Positions 39,162 to 49,568 of a stretch of 64,000 nucleotides of DNA are shown piece by piece. Position numbers and translations under genes: made by a program. Position 1 is the stretch's first letter. Each line of letters starts with the position of its first letter. The notes beneath the pieces are model-generated. The model saw only the letters and a program-made list of their open reading frames with translations. It searched no databases and was not told where the DNA came from. The stretch is from Candidatus Uhrbacteria bacterium (GTDB lineage Bacteria; Patescibacteriota; Patescibacteriia; UBA9934; GWF2-40-263), in NCBI GenBank assembly GCA_014239775.1, contig JAAZYG010000022.1, forward strand, positions 2,218 to 66,217. The letters run 5' to 3'.

Positions 39162-39442
39162 ATAAATTAAGTTGTTTACAACTTACAAGTCACATTCAGT
39201 TTTATTACTGGCTGTAAGCTGTAAGTTGTAAACATGTAAGGAAGCGATAATCGAACCTGGAAGAAAGATCCCGTGTAAATAGATGTCTATTGGGAAAACC
39301 TTCCATCGGATTTAATTAAGCGCTTACGGAGAGTTTGCCAATTAAATAAAATTTTACAATCCTTCACAAGAATTTACTTAACGCTGAAGGTCAGGAGCCG
39401 TTTTCAAAGTTTTCTTTGGAATCGACTTCTGACTTTTATAAT

Positions 39443-40069
39443 ATGACATTCATAATCGGAAGAAAAATAGAGATGACACAGCAATTTAAGGATGATGGAA
39501 CAGTTGTTCCGGTTACCTTGATTAAGGCTGAGAAAAATATTGTGACACAGATTCGTGATATGGAAACTGACGGATATTCAGCTGTTCAACTAGGCACAGA
39601 AACATCCAACAAACTAAACAAGCCAGATGCAGGTCATGTAAAAGATGTAGAACCACTAAAAACACTACGTGAATTTAGGGTTGATAATACAGATCTTAAA
39701 ATAGGTGATCAGATCGATGTGGCTTCTTTTGAGCCGGGTACAAAAGTTGACGTAACAGGTTGTTCAAAAGGTAGGGGTTTTGCTGGTGTAATGAAGCGAC
39801 ATAATTTTTCTGGTGGAAATGCAACACATGGTAACAAGGACATGCAAAGAAAGCCTGGTTCGATTGCTTCTCATCCACAGGGTAAAGTTATTCGTGGACA
39901 AAAAATGCCTGGTCGTATGGGAAATGATCAAGTTACAGTTAAAAACTTAGAAGTAATCTCAACAGACAGCAATAAAAATATTATTGCTATTAAAGGTGCT
40001 GTTCCTGGAGCAAGAGGTGGTTTAATTTTAATTCGTGCACGTGATGGTAAAACAATATGGCAACGATAA
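39443..40069 (+). CDS. rplC: 50S ribosomal protein L3
   Basis: GRKIEMTQQF... with the typical L3 core. Start taken at the internal ATG matching L3 N-termini. Confidence 0.9.
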   Translation: MTFIIGRKIEMTQQFKDDGTVVPVTLIKAEKNIVTQIRDMETDGYSAVQLGTETSNKLNKPDAGHVKDVEPLKTLREFRVDNTDLKIGDQIDVASFEPGTKVDVTGCSKGRGFAGVMKRHNFSGGNATHGNKDMQRKPGSIASHPQGKVIRGQKMPGRMGNDQVTVKNLEVISTDSNKNIIAIKGAVPGARGGLILIRARDGKTIWQR

Positions 40070-40689
40070 AAATTTATAATACACAAGGTCAGGAAACTGA
40101 GCAGGTTGAATTAGAATCTTCATTGTTTGCTGTAAAAGTTAATCCAGCATTGGTTCATGAGGTTGTGGTTGCACAAACTGCAAATTCAAGAGCAGCAATT
40201 GCTCACACCAAAGACAGGAGTGATGTTGTTGGAAGTGGTAAAAAACCATGGAAGCAGAAAGGTACGGGACGTGCTCGTCACGGTTCTCGTTATTCACCGC
40301 TTTGGAAAGGTGGAGGAATAACTTTTGGTCCACGAAACGACAGAAACTTTTCTAAAAAGATAAATAGAAAAGCCAAGCATAAAGCTTTGGCAATGGTATT
40401 AACAGATAAGGTTGCAAGTAATAGATTTATTGTTGTCGATTCACTACCAGTAGAAAATGGTAAGACTAAAATTCTTGTAGATATTTTGGCAAAGCTACCA
40501 GTGGATGGAAAAAAGACTTTGATTGTTGCTTCACCCGAGAATAAAATGGTTGCAACAGCATCAAAGAATATCAAGAAAGTTACTGCAATATCAGCTAATT
40601 CTATCAATGTTGTAGATTTACTAAAGCATGATTTTACACTGATAAGTAAAGAGGCTTTGGCAAAAATAACTGAAATTCACAAACGATAA
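40057..40689 (+). CDS. rplD: 50S ribosomal protein L4
   Basis: Typical L4 fold sequence with KPWKQKGTGRAR. Confidence 0.9.
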   Translation: MATIKIYNTQGQETEQVELESSLFAVKVNPALVHEVVVAQTANSRAAIAHTKDRSDVVGSGKKPWKQKGTGRARHGSRYSPLWKGGGITFGPRNDRNFSKKINRKAKHKALAMVLTDKVASNRFIVVDSLPVENGKTKILVDILAKLPVDGKKTLIVASPENKMVATASKNIKKVTAISANSINVVDLLKHDFTLISKEALAKITEIHKR

Positions 40690-40693
40690 GTAT

Positions 40694-41182
40694 ATGGGAA
40701 TTTTCGATAAAATTAAATTCAAAAAAAACAAAGACGGTAAGACTGTTAAAAAAACAGAGAAGGCTGTTGTTTCTGATTCTGCAAAAAAAGAAGAAAAAGA
40801 AAAAGAGGTTGCAAAGGCGGTTGATGTGGTGAAAAAAACAGAAGGTAAAACAGAAGGTAAAAAGGTTGCAAAGGCAAAGTTGAGAAAGAAGGTTGTTTCT
40901 GGAGCAAGAAATGTTGTAATCAATCCTTTAATTACTGAAAAAAGTGCACGTCTTGCATCAGAAGATAAGTATGTGTTTGCAGTTGATCCACGATCAAATC
41001 AGATTGAGATCAAAAGTGCAATTAGTAATATGTACGGAATAATGCCCGTAAGTGTAAATGTACTAAATGTAAAAGGTAAAAAGGTGCGTTTTGGAAGAAG
41101 AAAAGGAAAGAGAAAGGATTGGAAGAAAGCAATTGTTACATTGCCAAAGGGTAAAAAAATTGATGTTTACGAAGGAGTATAA
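40694..41182 (+). CDS. rplW: 50S ribosomal protein L23 with about 60 aa K/E-rich N-terminal extension
   Basis: Core NPLITEKSARL...VFAVDPRSNQIEIK, preceded by repeats TEGKTEGKKVAKAK. Confidence 0.9.
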   Translation: MGIFDKIKFKKNKDGKTVKKTEKAVVSDSAKKEEKEKEVAKAVDVVKKTEGKTEGKKVAKAKLRKKVVSGARNVVINPLITEKSARLASEDKYVFAVDPRSNQIEIKSAISNMYGIMPVSVNVLNVKGKKVRFGRRKGKRKDWKKAIVTLPKGKKIDVYEGV

Positions 41183-41185
41183 AAT

Positions 41186-42034
41186 ATGCCAGTAAAGAGA
41201 TACAAACCAACAACACCAGGAAGACGCATTTCAAGCGTTGACACTTTTGAGGATGTTACAACTAGTAAGCCTGAAAAAAAGTTGACGATTAAGAAAAAAC
41301 GTAATGCTGGTCGAACAAGAGGTAAAATAACTGTTCGTCACAGAGGTGGTGGTGCAAAACAAAGAATCCGTTTAATAGATTTTAAGCGAGAAAAGTTTGA
41401 AGTACCAGCCAAAGTTGCTTCAATCGAGTATGATCCAAACAGAGGAGCTCGTATTGCATTATTGTTTTATGCTGATGGAGAAAAGAGGTATATGGTTGCT
41501 CCAGTAGGTTTAAAAGTTGGCGATGAAGTAACTTCATCAAAGGGAAAAGGTGAGATCCAGACTGGTAACAGAATGCAACTACAGTATATGCCGATCGCAA
41601 TACATGTTTACAACATAGAGTTATTGCCAGGCAAAGGTGGTCAGTTAGTAAGAGGCGCAGGTGCTTCAGCACAGCTAATGGCTGTAGAAGGTGCACATGC
41701 AACAATAAAATTACCATCAGGTGAGGTAAGAATGGTCCTAAAGACATGTATGGCAACAATTGGCCAGGCATCAAATCCAGATAGACGATTAATTCGTTGG
41801 GGTAAAGCTGGTAGAATGAGGCATCGTGGAATTAGGCCAACGGTTCGTGGAAAAGCCATGAATCCATGTGATCACCCTCATGGTGGTGGAGAGGGTGCAA
41901 GTCCAATTGGACTTAAGCGTCCAAAGACTCCTACTGGTAAAGCAGCACTTGGTGTGAAGACTCGTAGGAAGAGAGCGTCAGATAAACTTATAATTAAGCG
42001 TAGGAAGAAAGGCCGATTTGTCGGCGGAAAATAG
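41186..42034 (+). CDS. rplB: 50S ribosomal protein L2
   Basis: GRNxxGxITxRHRGGG and C-terminal HPHGGGEG motifs. Confidence 0.95.
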   Translation: MPVKRYKPTTPGRRISSVDTFEDVTTSKPEKKLTIKKKRNAGRTRGKITVRHRGGGAKQRIRLIDFKREKFEVPAKVASIEYDPNRGARIALLFYADGEKRYMVAPVGLKVGDEVTSSKGKGEIQTGNRMQLQYMPIAIHVYNIELLPGKGGQLVRGAGASAQLMAVEGAHATIKLPSGEVRMVLKTCMATIGQASNPDRRLIRWGKAGRMRHRGIRPTVRGKAMNPCDHPHGGGEGASPIGLKRPKTPTGKAALGVKTRRKRASDKLIIKRRKKGRFVGGK

Positions 42035-42037
42035 TAT

Positions 42038-42313
42038 ATGCCTAGAAGTCTAAAAAAAGGACCTTATGTACACCCAAAGCTTCTTAAAAAACTTTCAAAG
42101 TTGAAGCAAGGTGATCAGACTCCAATTAAAACTTGGGCTCGTGCATCAACCATCACACCTGAGATGGTAGGGTTTACGTTTGCTGTTCATAACGGCAGGG
42201 ACTTTATAAAAGTTCGTGTTGTTGAGAATATGGTAGGTCATAAATTAGGTGAATTCTCTCCTACACGTAAATTTATACGTCACGGTGGTAAGCTCCAAAA
42301 GGTAAGTAAATAA
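42038..42313 (+). CDS. rpsS: 30S ribosomal protein S19
   Basis: [11 protein letters not shown]...HNGR is the S19 signature. Confidence 0.95.
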   Translation: MPRSLKKGPYVHPKLLKKLSKLKQGDQTPIKTWARASTITPEMVGFTFAVHNGRDFIKVRVVENMVGHKLGEFSPTRKFIRHGGKLQKVSK

Positions 42314-42316
42314 TAT

Positions 42317-42757
42317 ATGGAAGTAAAAGCTAAAGCACGATATATCCGTATGTCGCCACGAAAAGTTCGTTTGGTACTAGATGTTGTACGTAACATGGCT
42401 GTTGATAAGGCCAGGGTACAGTTGAAGTTCATGAATAAGCGAGCAGCAAGGCCTGTGTTGAAACTTCTTGAATCTGCAATTGCAAATGCAGAGCATAACT
42501 TTAAATTAAACAGAGACAACTTGTTTATAAAAGAAATTTATGCTGATCAAGGACCAACACTGCACAGATTCCGAGCGCGTGCGTTCGGTCGGGCTTCAGC
42601 TATCCGAAAAAGATCTTCACATATATCAATTGTTATTGCTGACAGGAACAAAGAAGTAAAAGTTGATAAGGAAGAAAAGATTACTGAAAAAGAAAAACCA
42701 GTATCAACAAAAAAGGTTGAAAAAACATCTAAAAAAGAACAAAAGGTAAATAAATAA
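42317..42757 (+). CDS. rplV: 50S ribosomal protein L22 with K/E-rich C-terminal extension
   Basis: RYIRMSPRKVRLV...ADQGPT core, followed by a KE-rich tail. Confidence 0.9.
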   Translation: MEVKAKARYIRMSPRKVRLVLDVVRNMAVDKARVQLKFMNKRAARPVLKLLESAIANAEHNFKLNRDNLFIKEIYADQGPTLHRFRARAFGRASAIRKRSSHISIVIADRNKEVKVDKEEKITEKEKPVSTKKVEKTSKKEQKVNK

Positions 42758-42758
42758 T

Positions 42759-43409
42759 ATGGGTCAAAAAGTGCATCCAAAAATTTTTAGAATAGGAATC
42801 ACAAGGACTTGGGATGGTTTGTGGTTTGCAAATAAAAAGAACTACAAAAAATTTCTTGAGGAAGATGTCAAGATTCGTATTCTTCTAAAAAAAGAATTAA
42901 AAGATGCTTTGGTTGATCGCATAGAGATTGAGCGCTCACGTGAAGAGGTTAAAATAACAATTCATTCTGCAAAACCCGGCGTGATTATTGGAAGAGCTGG
43001 TGCTGGGATTGAGGCGTTAAATAAAAAATTAAAGAAGAATTTTTACAGAGGAAGACGTGTAAAATTAAGTATAAACGTAAAAGAAGTTTCACAACCATCA
43101 TTGTCAGCAAACGTAATTGGTCAGCAGATTGCTGCAGATCTTGAAAGACGCATGCCTTTTAGAAGGATTATGAAAGGTGCGATTGAAAGAGTAATGAAAG
43201 CAAATGCACTGGGAGTAAAGGTTTCTATAGGTGGTCGTTTAAACGGGGCTGATATTGCCAGAGTCGAGGTTTTATCAAAAGGTAAAATTCCATTGCATAC
43301 ATTACGTGCTGACATAGATTATGCTTCTGTAAGAGCAGGTACTATCTATGGTGCATTGGGAATAAAAGTTTGGATTAATCGCGGAGAAGTATTCGAAGGA
43401 AAAAAGTAA
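42759..43409 (+). CDS. rpsC: 30S ribosomal protein S3
   Basis: [14 protein letters not shown] and a KH-domain core. Confidence 0.95.
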   Translation: MGQKVHPKIFRIGITRTWDGLWFANKKNYKKFLEEDVKIRILLKKELKDALVDRIEIERSREEVKITIHSAKPGVIIGRAGAGIEALNKKLKKNFYRGRRVKLSINVKEVSQPSLSANVIGQQIAADLERRMPFRRIMKGAIERVMKANALGVKVSIGGRLNGADIARVEVLSKGKIPLHTLRADIDYASVRAGTIYGALGIKVWINRGEVFEGKK

Positions 43410-43410
43410 T

Positions 43411-43827
43411 ATGTTGATTCCAAAAAAAGTAAAACATAGAAAATGGCATAAGGGTCGTGGTCGCAATAAACGTATTGCTTCAAGAAAAACTGATTTAGCA
43501 TTTGGAACCATCGGGCTAAAGGCTACAACAGGTGCATGGGTTACATCACGACAAATTGAGTCTGCGCGTAGAGCAATGACAAGGGCTGTAAAACGTGGTG
43601 GTAAAATCTGGATCAGAATTTTCCCCAATAAACCAGTTACTTCAAAAGGTTCTGAAATGCCTATGGGAAAAGGTAAAGGTGCAGTTGATCACTATGTGTC
43701 TGTGGTAAGACCAGGAACAATCATGTTTGAGATGGCCGGAGTGGATGATGAATTAGCAAGAAGCGCACTCGCTTTAGCTGCATACAAGCTTCCTGTAAAG
43801 ACAAAAATTGTTACTAAAGGTTTATAA
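43411..43827 (+). CDS. rplP: 50S ribosomal protein L16
   Basis: [16 protein letters not shown] is the L16 N-terminus. Confidence 0.95.
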   Translation: MLIPKKVKHRKWHKGRGRNKRIASRKTDLAFGTIGLKATTGAWVTSRQIESARRAMTRAVKRGGKIWIRIFPNKPVTSKGSEMPMGKGKGAVDHYVSVVRPGTIMFEMAGVDDELARSALALAAYKLPVKTKIVTKGL

Positions 43828-43831
43828 GTAT

Positions 43832-44038
43832 ATGGATGCAAAAACAATACGCTCAAAAACAGATAAAGGTTTAGTAAAAGAGCTAGAGGATGCGCAGGCG
43901 CACCTAAAAGAATTAAAATTCAGAGTCTCTGCAAATCAGCTGAAAAATGTAAGAGATATCAGAAAGACTAAAAATATAATAGCTAGAATTAAAACAATTC
44001 TTAAAGAAAAGAAAGCTGAAGAACAGAATAAAAAATAA
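43832..44038 (+). CDS. rpmC: 50S ribosomal protein L29
   Basis: About 68 aa helical protein in the expected position. Start moved to the Met just after the rplP stop. Confidence 0.8.
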   Translation: MDAKTIRSKTDKGLVKELEDAQAHLKELKFRVSANQLKNVRDIRKTKNIIARIKTILKEKKAEEQNKK

Positions 44039-44292
44039 TGTTTATGTCAGAAACAACACAGAGTAAAAATAAAAGAAAATTTACAGGCACAGTCGTTTCA
44101 TCCAATATGGATAAGACGATAGTGGTTCGTGTTGATAGGACAATGGTGCACCCTAAATACCAAAAAAGGTACGTGCGTAGTAAAAAGTATCAAGTTCATG
44201 ATGCTTTAAATACTCACAAAGCTGGTGATACTGTTACATTTATGGAGTGTCGTCCTATGTCTAAAAATAAACGTTGGAGATTAGCGAAATAA
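44038..44292 (+). CDS. rpsQ: 30S ribosomal protein S17
   Basis: [18 protein letters not shown]...HPKYQK is the S17 OB-fold signature. Confidence 0.9.
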   Translation: MFMSETTQSKNKRKFTGTVVSSNMDKTIVVRVDRTMVHPKYQKRYVRSKKYQVHDALNTHKAGDTVTFMECRPMSKNKRWRLAK

Positions 44293-44296
44293 TCAT

Positions 44297-44668
44297 ATGG
44301 TTCAAGATGAGTCAATGCTAAAAGTTGCAGATAATTCAGGCGCGAAGAGACTAAAAGTCATTCGTGTTCTTGGTGGTTTTAAAAAAAGATATGCCAGGAT
44401 TGGTGAAATTGTAACTGCAACAGTAAAAGAAGCGGTTCCACACGCAAACGTAAAAAAGAGTGATATTGTTACTGCTGTTATTGTGCGTTCTAGAAAAGAG
44501 ATAAGAAGAAAGAACGGAACTTATATAAGATTTGATGAGAACGCAGCTGTAATAGTTGATAAGAAAACAAAAGAACCAAAAGGTACACGTATCTTTGGTC
44601 CCGTTGCCCGTGAATTACGTGAGGCTGGATATAATAAGATTATTTCATTAGCCCCTGAGGTTTTATAA
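44297..44668 (+). CDS. rplN: 50S ribosomal protein L14
   Basis: [18 protein letters not shown] is the canonical L14 N-terminus. Confidence 0.95.
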   Translation: MVQDESMLKVADNSGAKRLKVIRVLGGFKKRYARIGEIVTATVKEAVPHANVKKSDIVTAVIVRSRKEIRRKNGTYIRFDENAAVIVDKKTKEPKGTRIFGPVARELREAGYNKIISLAPEVL

Positions 44669-44672
44669 ATAT

Positions 44673-44996
44673 ATGAAGATCAAAACAGGTGATAAAGTAA
44701 AAGTGCTCGCTGGAAAAGATCGGGGCAAAGAAGGAAAGATCTTACAGGTATTTCCTAAGATTAGTCGTGTTGTTGTTGATGGTATCAACATGATGACACG
44801 TCATCTTAGAGGTGGAGGAGATAGACCCGGACAAAAGATTCAATTTCCAGGAACAATGCATGTATCTAATGTACAGTTGATTTCTGCAAAGAGCGGCAAG
44901 AAAGGACGTGTTGGATACAAGTTTATTGAAAAAGATGGACAAAAAACCAAGATAAGAGTAATTCGTAAGGGTGGTTCTGCAGAAGATGCAGAATAA
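44673..44996 (+). CDS. rplX: 50S ribosomal protein L24
   Basis: KIKTGDKVKVLAGKDRGKEGKI is a KOW motif. Confidence 0.9.
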   Translation: MKIKTGDKVKVLAGKDRGKEGKILQVFPKISRVVVDGINMMTRHLRGGGDRPGQKIQFPGTMHVSNVQLISAKSGKKGRVGYKFIEKDGQKTKIRVIRKGGSAEDAE

Positions 44997-45001
44997 AATA
45001 T

Positions 45002-45538
45002 ATGTTGAAGGAATTATACAAAAAGGAAATTATACCAAAATTACAGGAAGAGTTTGGTTATAAAAATATAATGGCTGTACCTACAATAAAAACAGTAACT
45101 CTTAATGTTGGTTTAGGAAAAGGTCTTAAAGATGCACAGTATTTGGATACAATCGAGAAAACACTTACTAAGATTTCAGGACAAAAACCAATTCATACAA
45201 AGGCACGTAAATCTATTGCTGGATTTAAAATCAGAGAAGGTGCTGTGATTGGTATGAAGGTTACAATGCGCGGTAATAGAATGTGGGAATTTTTAGATAA
45301 GCTTTTCAATGTTTCATTAGCACGTGTAAGAGATTTCCGTGGGTTATCACCAAAAGCATTTGATGGACAGGGTAATTATTCAATGGGATTTAAAGAGCAT
45401 ACAGCTTTCCCGGAGATTAGCCCTGATGAGATTGACAGAATTCATGGACTACAGGTGACCATAAGTACAAATGCAGAGACAGATAAAGAAGCGGAGTCAT
45501 TGCTAAGACATGCTGGTCTACCCCTAAAAAAGAAATAA
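45002..45538 (+). CDS. rplE: 50S ribosomal protein L5
   Basis: L5 signature FRGL...GNYSMG. Confidence 0.95.
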   Translation: MLKELYKKEIIPKLQEEFGYKNIMAVPTIKTVTLNVGLGKGLKDAQYLDTIEKTLTKISGQKPIHTKARKSIAGFKIREGAVIGMKVTMRGNRMWEFLDKLFNVSLARVRDFRGLSPKAFDGQGNYSMGFKEHTAFPEISPDEIDRIHGLQVTISTNAETDKEAESLLRHAGLPLKKK

Positions 45539-45569
45539 TTAATTGTACAAATTTCAATATTTAATAAGT

Positions 45570-45755
45570 ATGGCAACAGAGAATCAAATTGCTAAATCAA
45601 AAAAGAAACCAAAATTCTCAACACGTTCTGTGAATAGGTGTTGGCGTTGTGGTAGAAACAGAAGTTTCATGAGAGATTTCGATTTATGTCGTATTTGTTT
45701 CAGAGAGCTTGCTAATAATGGAGAAATTCCAGGTGTGAAAAAATCTAGTTGGTAA
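45570..45755 (+). CDS. rpsN: 30S ribosomal protein S14 type Z (zinc-binding, 61 aa)
   Basis: CWRCGR...CRICFRE matches the four-Cys Zn-ribbon of S14Z. The internal ATG gives the canonical 61 aa. Confidence 0.9.
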   Translation: MATENQIAKSKKKPKFSTRSVNRCWRCGRNRSFMRDFDLCRICFRELANNGEIPGVKKSSW

Positions 45756-45759
45756 AATT

Positions 45760-46152
45760 ATGATAACTGATCCTATTTCAGACATGTTAACACGTATACG
45801 AAATGCTCAACTTGTTAAAAAACAAGATGTTGTTTTGCCGTATTCAAATATAAAATTTCATATTGCTAAAATTCTTGAAAAAGAAAGCTATGTGTCAAAA
45901 GTTGAACATGTTACAGAACAAAAATTTCCAAAAATCAAAATCGAATTAAAGTATAAGGGTGTAAAACCTGCAATTCAAGTTATAAAACGAGTGAGTAAAC
46001 CTGGTTGTAGAATTTATGCTAAATCAGATTCTTTACCAAATGTACTTTCAGGCTTAGGTGTGGCAATCATATCAACACCTAATGGACTCATGACTAATAA
46101 AGAGGCGCGAGCACGCCATCTCGGGGGAGAGGTTATCTGCGAAATATCATAA
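45760..46152 (+). CDS. rpsH: 30S ribosomal protein S8
   Basis: DPISDMLTRIRNA is the S8 N-terminus. Confidence 0.95.
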   Translation: MITDPISDMLTRIRNAQLVKKQDVVLPYSNIKFHIAKILEKESYVSKVEHVTEQKFPKIKIELKYKGVKPAIQVIKRVSKPGCRIYAKSDSLPNVLSGLGVAIISTPNGLMTNKEARARHLGGEVICEIS

Positions 46153-46153
46153 T

Positions 46154-46711
46154 ATGTCACGTGTAGGAAAAAAAATAATTGAAATCCCTTCTGGTGTTGA
46201 AGTAAAGATAGATGGAAATCATATCCTTGTTAAAGGACCAAAAGGTGAACTGGATAGGGTTGTAAACTCCGTTGTTACTTTAAAGCTGGATGATGCAGAT
46301 GGTGTAAAGCAAGTTTCCGCATCTGTGGTTAATGAAGAAAACCATAAAGAAAGAGCTCAATGGGGCACAGCAAGAGCACTTATTTCCAACATGGTGATAG
46401 GTGTAACAGATGGTTTTACAAAAGAGCTAGAAGTTAATGGTGTTGGGTATAAGGTTAACATGCAAGGCAATACAGTTGTATTAAATGTAGGTTACTCACA
46501 CGAAGTTAGGTATGAATTACCAGAAGGAATTGAGGGTGTTGTAGAAGGAAATAAAATTACCATAAAAGGCAGGGATAAACAGGTTGTTGGCGAAGTTGCT
46601 GCTAATATTAGAAAAGTTAGAAAGCCAGAACCTTATAAAGGTAAAGGAATTAAGTATGTAGATGAGATAATTCGTCGAAAGGCCGGAAAAGCACAAAAAA
46701 CCGGTGAATAA
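46154..46711 (+). CDS. rplF: 50S ribosomal protein L6
   Basis: MSRVGKKIIEIPSGVEV and the two-domain L6 pattern. Confidence 0.95.
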   Translation: MSRVGKKIIEIPSGVEVKIDGNHILVKGPKGELDRVVNSVVTLKLDDADGVKQVSASVVNEENHKERAQWGTARALISNMVIGVTDGFTKELEVNGVGYKVNMQGNTVVLNVGYSHEVRYELPEGIEGVVEGNKITIKGRDKQVVGEVAANIRKVRKPEPYKGKGIKYVDEIIRRKAGKAQKTGE

Positions 46712-46714
46712 TAT

Positions 46715-47071
46715 ATGGAAAATAAAACCAAGATCAAACACATAAAAATGAAACGAAGGTCACATAGAACTAGGGCTAAAATTAAGGGCACCTCAGACAG
46801 ACCTCGTTTGACCGTAAAAAGAAGTTTGAAGCATATTTATGCTCAAATTATCAATGATGCAACAGGTAAGACTCTTGCAGCAGTTTCTGATGCGGATATT
46901 AAGGAAAAGAAAAAACCAGTAGAGCTAGCTAAAGAGGTTGGTTTACTTCTTGGGAGTAAGGCTGAAAAAGTTGGTGTCAAAGAAGTGGTGTTTGACAGGG
47001 GTTCATATAAATATCATGGGCGCGTCGCGTCTTTAGCAGACGGTGCACGTGAAGCCGGACTGAAATTTTAA
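46715..47071 (+). CDS. rplR: 50S ribosomal protein L18
   Basis: [20 protein letters not shown]...[18 protein letters not shown]. Confidence 0.9.
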   Translation: MENKTKIKHIKMKRRSHRTRAKIKGTSDRPRLTVKRSLKHIYAQIINDATGKTLAAVSDADIKEKKKPVELAKEVGLLLGSKAEKVGVKEVVFDRGSYKYHGRVASLADGAREAGLKF

Positions 47072-47138
47072 TGTTATTACTGCAGAAAAAAATACAAAAC
47101 AAACAACAAATAATCGTCCAGGTACAAGTGGTAAATTT

Positions 47139-47774
47139 GTGCCAAAAAAAGATGGTAAACCAGGAAACAACAAAAGACGTGGTCGCGGAAGAGGACGTGG
47201 TCCAAAGCGTGAAGTAAAAGAGTTTGAGCAAAAGATTCTTGATCTGTCTCGTGTGACTCGTGTTACAGCTGGTGGTAAGCGTATGTCATTTAGGTGCGCG
47301 CTTGTTATTGGTGATAAAAAAGGGCGTGTTGGTTTGGGTGTTGCAAAAGGTGCTGATGTACAGATTGCAATAGAAAAAGCATACAAGCAAGCAAAGAAAA
47401 AGGTTGTTACTGTGCCAATTTACAATGAGACAATTCCTCATAGTGTATTAATGAAATATTGCTCAGCATTGGTGTTATTAAAACCAGCTCCAAAAGGAAC
47501 CGGTTTAAAATCAGGTGGTGCAATGAGAATGATTCTAGAGTTTGCTGGTGTACCAAATGCTGTTAGTAAGATATTAAACTCAAACAATAAAATAAACCTA
47601 GCAAGAGCAACAATAGAAGCAATAAAAGAATTAAGAACCATTGATACGTCCAAAACTGATAAAGGTTCAAAAAAGAAAGTTATTAAAAAAGCAGTCGAGA
47701 CAAAAAATGAAGAGCAGGTTGTATCAGAAGAAAAGACTGAAACTAAAAAAGCAACAAAAAAGGTAGCTGAATAA
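47139..47774 (+). CDS. rpsE: 30S ribosomal protein S5 (GTG start, Arg/Gly-rich N-terminus, K/E C-terminal extension)
   Basis: Core LSRVTRVTAGGKRMSFRCALVIGDKKGRVGLGVAKG. rplO follows directly, so no L30 gene lies between. Confidence 0.9.
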   Translation: MPKKDGKPGNNKRRGRGRGRGPKREVKEFEQKILDLSRVTRVTAGGKRMSFRCALVIGDKKGRVGLGVAKGADVQIAIEKAYKQAKKKVVTVPIYNETIPHSVLMKYCSALVLLKPAPKGTGLKSGGAMRMILEFAGVPNAVSKILNSNNKINLARATIEAIKELRTIDTSKTDKGSKKKVIKKAVETKNEEQVVSEEKTETKKATKKVAE

Positions 47775-47778
47775 AAAT

Positions 47779-48228
47779 ATGCCATTGACACTTCATAATC
47801 TTAAACCAAAAAAAGGATCAAGAAAGACCAAGAAAAGAGTTGGTCGTGGTTTGGGTTCAACAGGACGATACTCAGGCCGAGGTATTAAGGGTCAGAGGTC
47901 ACGTTCAGGTGGAAAATCTGGATTACAACTTAGGGGGTTACGTGGAATAATGCTTTCAACTCCAAAGAAAAAAGGGTTTAACAGCAATCGTCCAAAGCCG
48001 GTCGTTTTAAATCTGTCAGATTTAAACAAAGTTTTTAAAGACGGTTCAAAAGTAACACCAAAGATTCTTCAAACAAGGAAACTGATCGATAAAATTTCAA
48101 ACGGTGTTAAGATTTTAGGAAACGGTTCAATAGCAATAAAAATAACATTATCAGGCTGTACAGTTTCAATGGCAGCTAAACAAAAAATAGAAACAGCTGG
48201 AGGAACTGTAATTGTCGACAAAAAATAA
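47779..48228 (+). CDS. rplO: 50S ribosomal protein L15
   Basis: LHNLKPKKGSRKTKKRVGRGLGSTGRYSGRG is the L15 N-terminus. Confidence 0.9.
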   Translation: MPLTLHNLKPKKGSRKTKKRVGRGLGSTGRYSGRGIKGQRSRSGGKSGLQLRGLRGIMLSTPKKKGFNSNRPKPVVLNLSDLNKVFKDGSKVTPKILQTRKLIDKISNGVKILGNGSIAIKITLSGCTVSMAAKQKIETAGGTVIVDKK

Positions 48229-48231
48229 ATT

Positions 48232-49494
48232 ATGCAAACTCTATTAAAGATTTGGAAAACAAAAGATGTTCGAAACAGTGTTTTGTTTGTCATCTACATG
48301 CTGATTTTGTTTAGAGTTACAGCCCATATTCCAGTTCCAGGTGTAGACACATCAGTTCTGAAAGATATTTTCTCTGGAAATCAATTATATGGATTGATGA
48401 ACATATTTTCAGGAGGTACTCTAGAGAATTTTTCAGTTATGGCAATGGGTGTTATGCCGTATATTACGGCATCAATTATTTTCCAATTATTAGGAATGAT
48501 TGTTCCAACAATTGAGGAAATGCAAAAAGAAGAGCAGGGTAGGCAAAAGATTAACCAATGGACACGTCTTATGACAATTCCATTGTCTGCAATTCAGGCG
48601 TATGGTTTAATATTGCTATTATCTCAAAGTGGACAGTTTTTTACAGACACATCACAAGCAACAGTGCTATTCGCCATACTGTGTATGACGACTGGTACAA
48701 TTTTCTTGATGTGGATCGGTGAATTGATAACTGAAAAGAACATAGGTAACGGTATTTCCATACTAATTTTAGCTGGTATTATCGCAGGTTTACCTACATT
48801 TATAAGTCAGTCCTTGTCTGTATATGATAGAAGTCAGTTGGTAACAATGATTGTTTTTATAGCAATGGTAATTGTAACAGTTGTAAGTATTGTGATGATG
48901 AATGAGGCTCAGAGAAATATACCAGTACAGTATGCACGACACGTACGAGGGTCAAAAAATTCAGGTGCAGTTACATCACACATTCCATTACGGTTAAATA
49001 TGGGTGGTGTGATTCCAATAATTTTTGCTATTTCAATCATTTTATTTCCTACTGTAATTGCACAATTCTTTATAGGTGCAAAAACAGAAATGCTGAGAAA
49101 TATTGCAACAAGCACTCTAGCACTATTTCAGAACCAGTTGTTTTATGGAATTTCATTCTTTGTGCTAGTATTCGCTTTCGCTTACTTTTACACTGCGGTT
49201 ATTTTCCATCCAGATCAGGTTGCTGAAAATATACAAAAGCAAGGTGGGTTTATTCCAGGCATAAGACCAGGGAAACAGACAGCAGATTATCTCGGATGGG
49301 TAACAAATAGAATATTGTTATTAGGAGCATCATTTTTAGGTCTTGTAGCAATATTACCGTTAATAGTTCAGGTGTTTACAGGCAATGCCAATTTGGTTAT
49401 TGGTGGTACATCAATACTAATTATTGTAGCTGTAATGATAGATTCTATTAAGCAAGTTGAAGCACAACTTACAATGAGAGAGTACGAAATGTAA
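48232..49494 (+). CDS. secY: preprotein translocase subunit SecY
   Basis: 10-TM protein with the SecY signature regions. 420 aa. Confidence 0.95.
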   Translation: MQTLLKIWKTKDVRNSVLFVIYMLILFRVTAHIPVPGVDTSVLKDIFSGNQLYGLMNIFSGGTLENFSVMAMGVMPYITASIIFQLLGMIVPTIEEMQKEEQGRQKINQWTRLMTIPLSAIQAYGLILLLSQSGQFFTDTSQATVLFAILCMTTGTIFLMWIGELITEKNIGNGISILILAGIIAGLPTFISQSLSVYDRSQLVTMIVFIAMVIVTVVSIVMMNEAQRNIPVQYARHVRGSKNSGAVTSHIPLRLNMGGVIPIIFAISIILFPTVIAQFFIGAKTEMLRNIATSTLALFQNQLFYGISFFVLVFAFAYFYTAVIFHPDQVAENIQKQGGFIPGIRPGKQTADYLGWVTNRILLLGASFLGLVAILPLIVQVFTGNANLVIGGTSILIIVAVMIDSIKQVEAQLTMREYEM

Positions 49495-49500
49495 TAGTAT

Positions 49501-49525
49501 AAACAGGGCTCCGGCCCTGTTTTTT
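49501..49525 (+). terminator. rho-independent terminator AAACAGGGCtccgGCCCTGTTTTTT after secY
   Basis: Perfect 9-bp GC-rich stem plus T6, inside the ribosomal cluster. Confidence 0.55.
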
Positions 49526-49568
49526 GATTACTCGACTTAATTTACTACTTTGTTATACTGTTTTCTGT

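Noticed and set aside
39212-39240. Tandem CTGTAAG repeats as a possible CRISPR or minisatellite
   Set aside because: Only 2-3 copies of a 6-7-nt unit with no spacers. Better explained as pairing partners in the rpsJ-rplC leader structure. No CRISPR-like array exists anywhere in the window.
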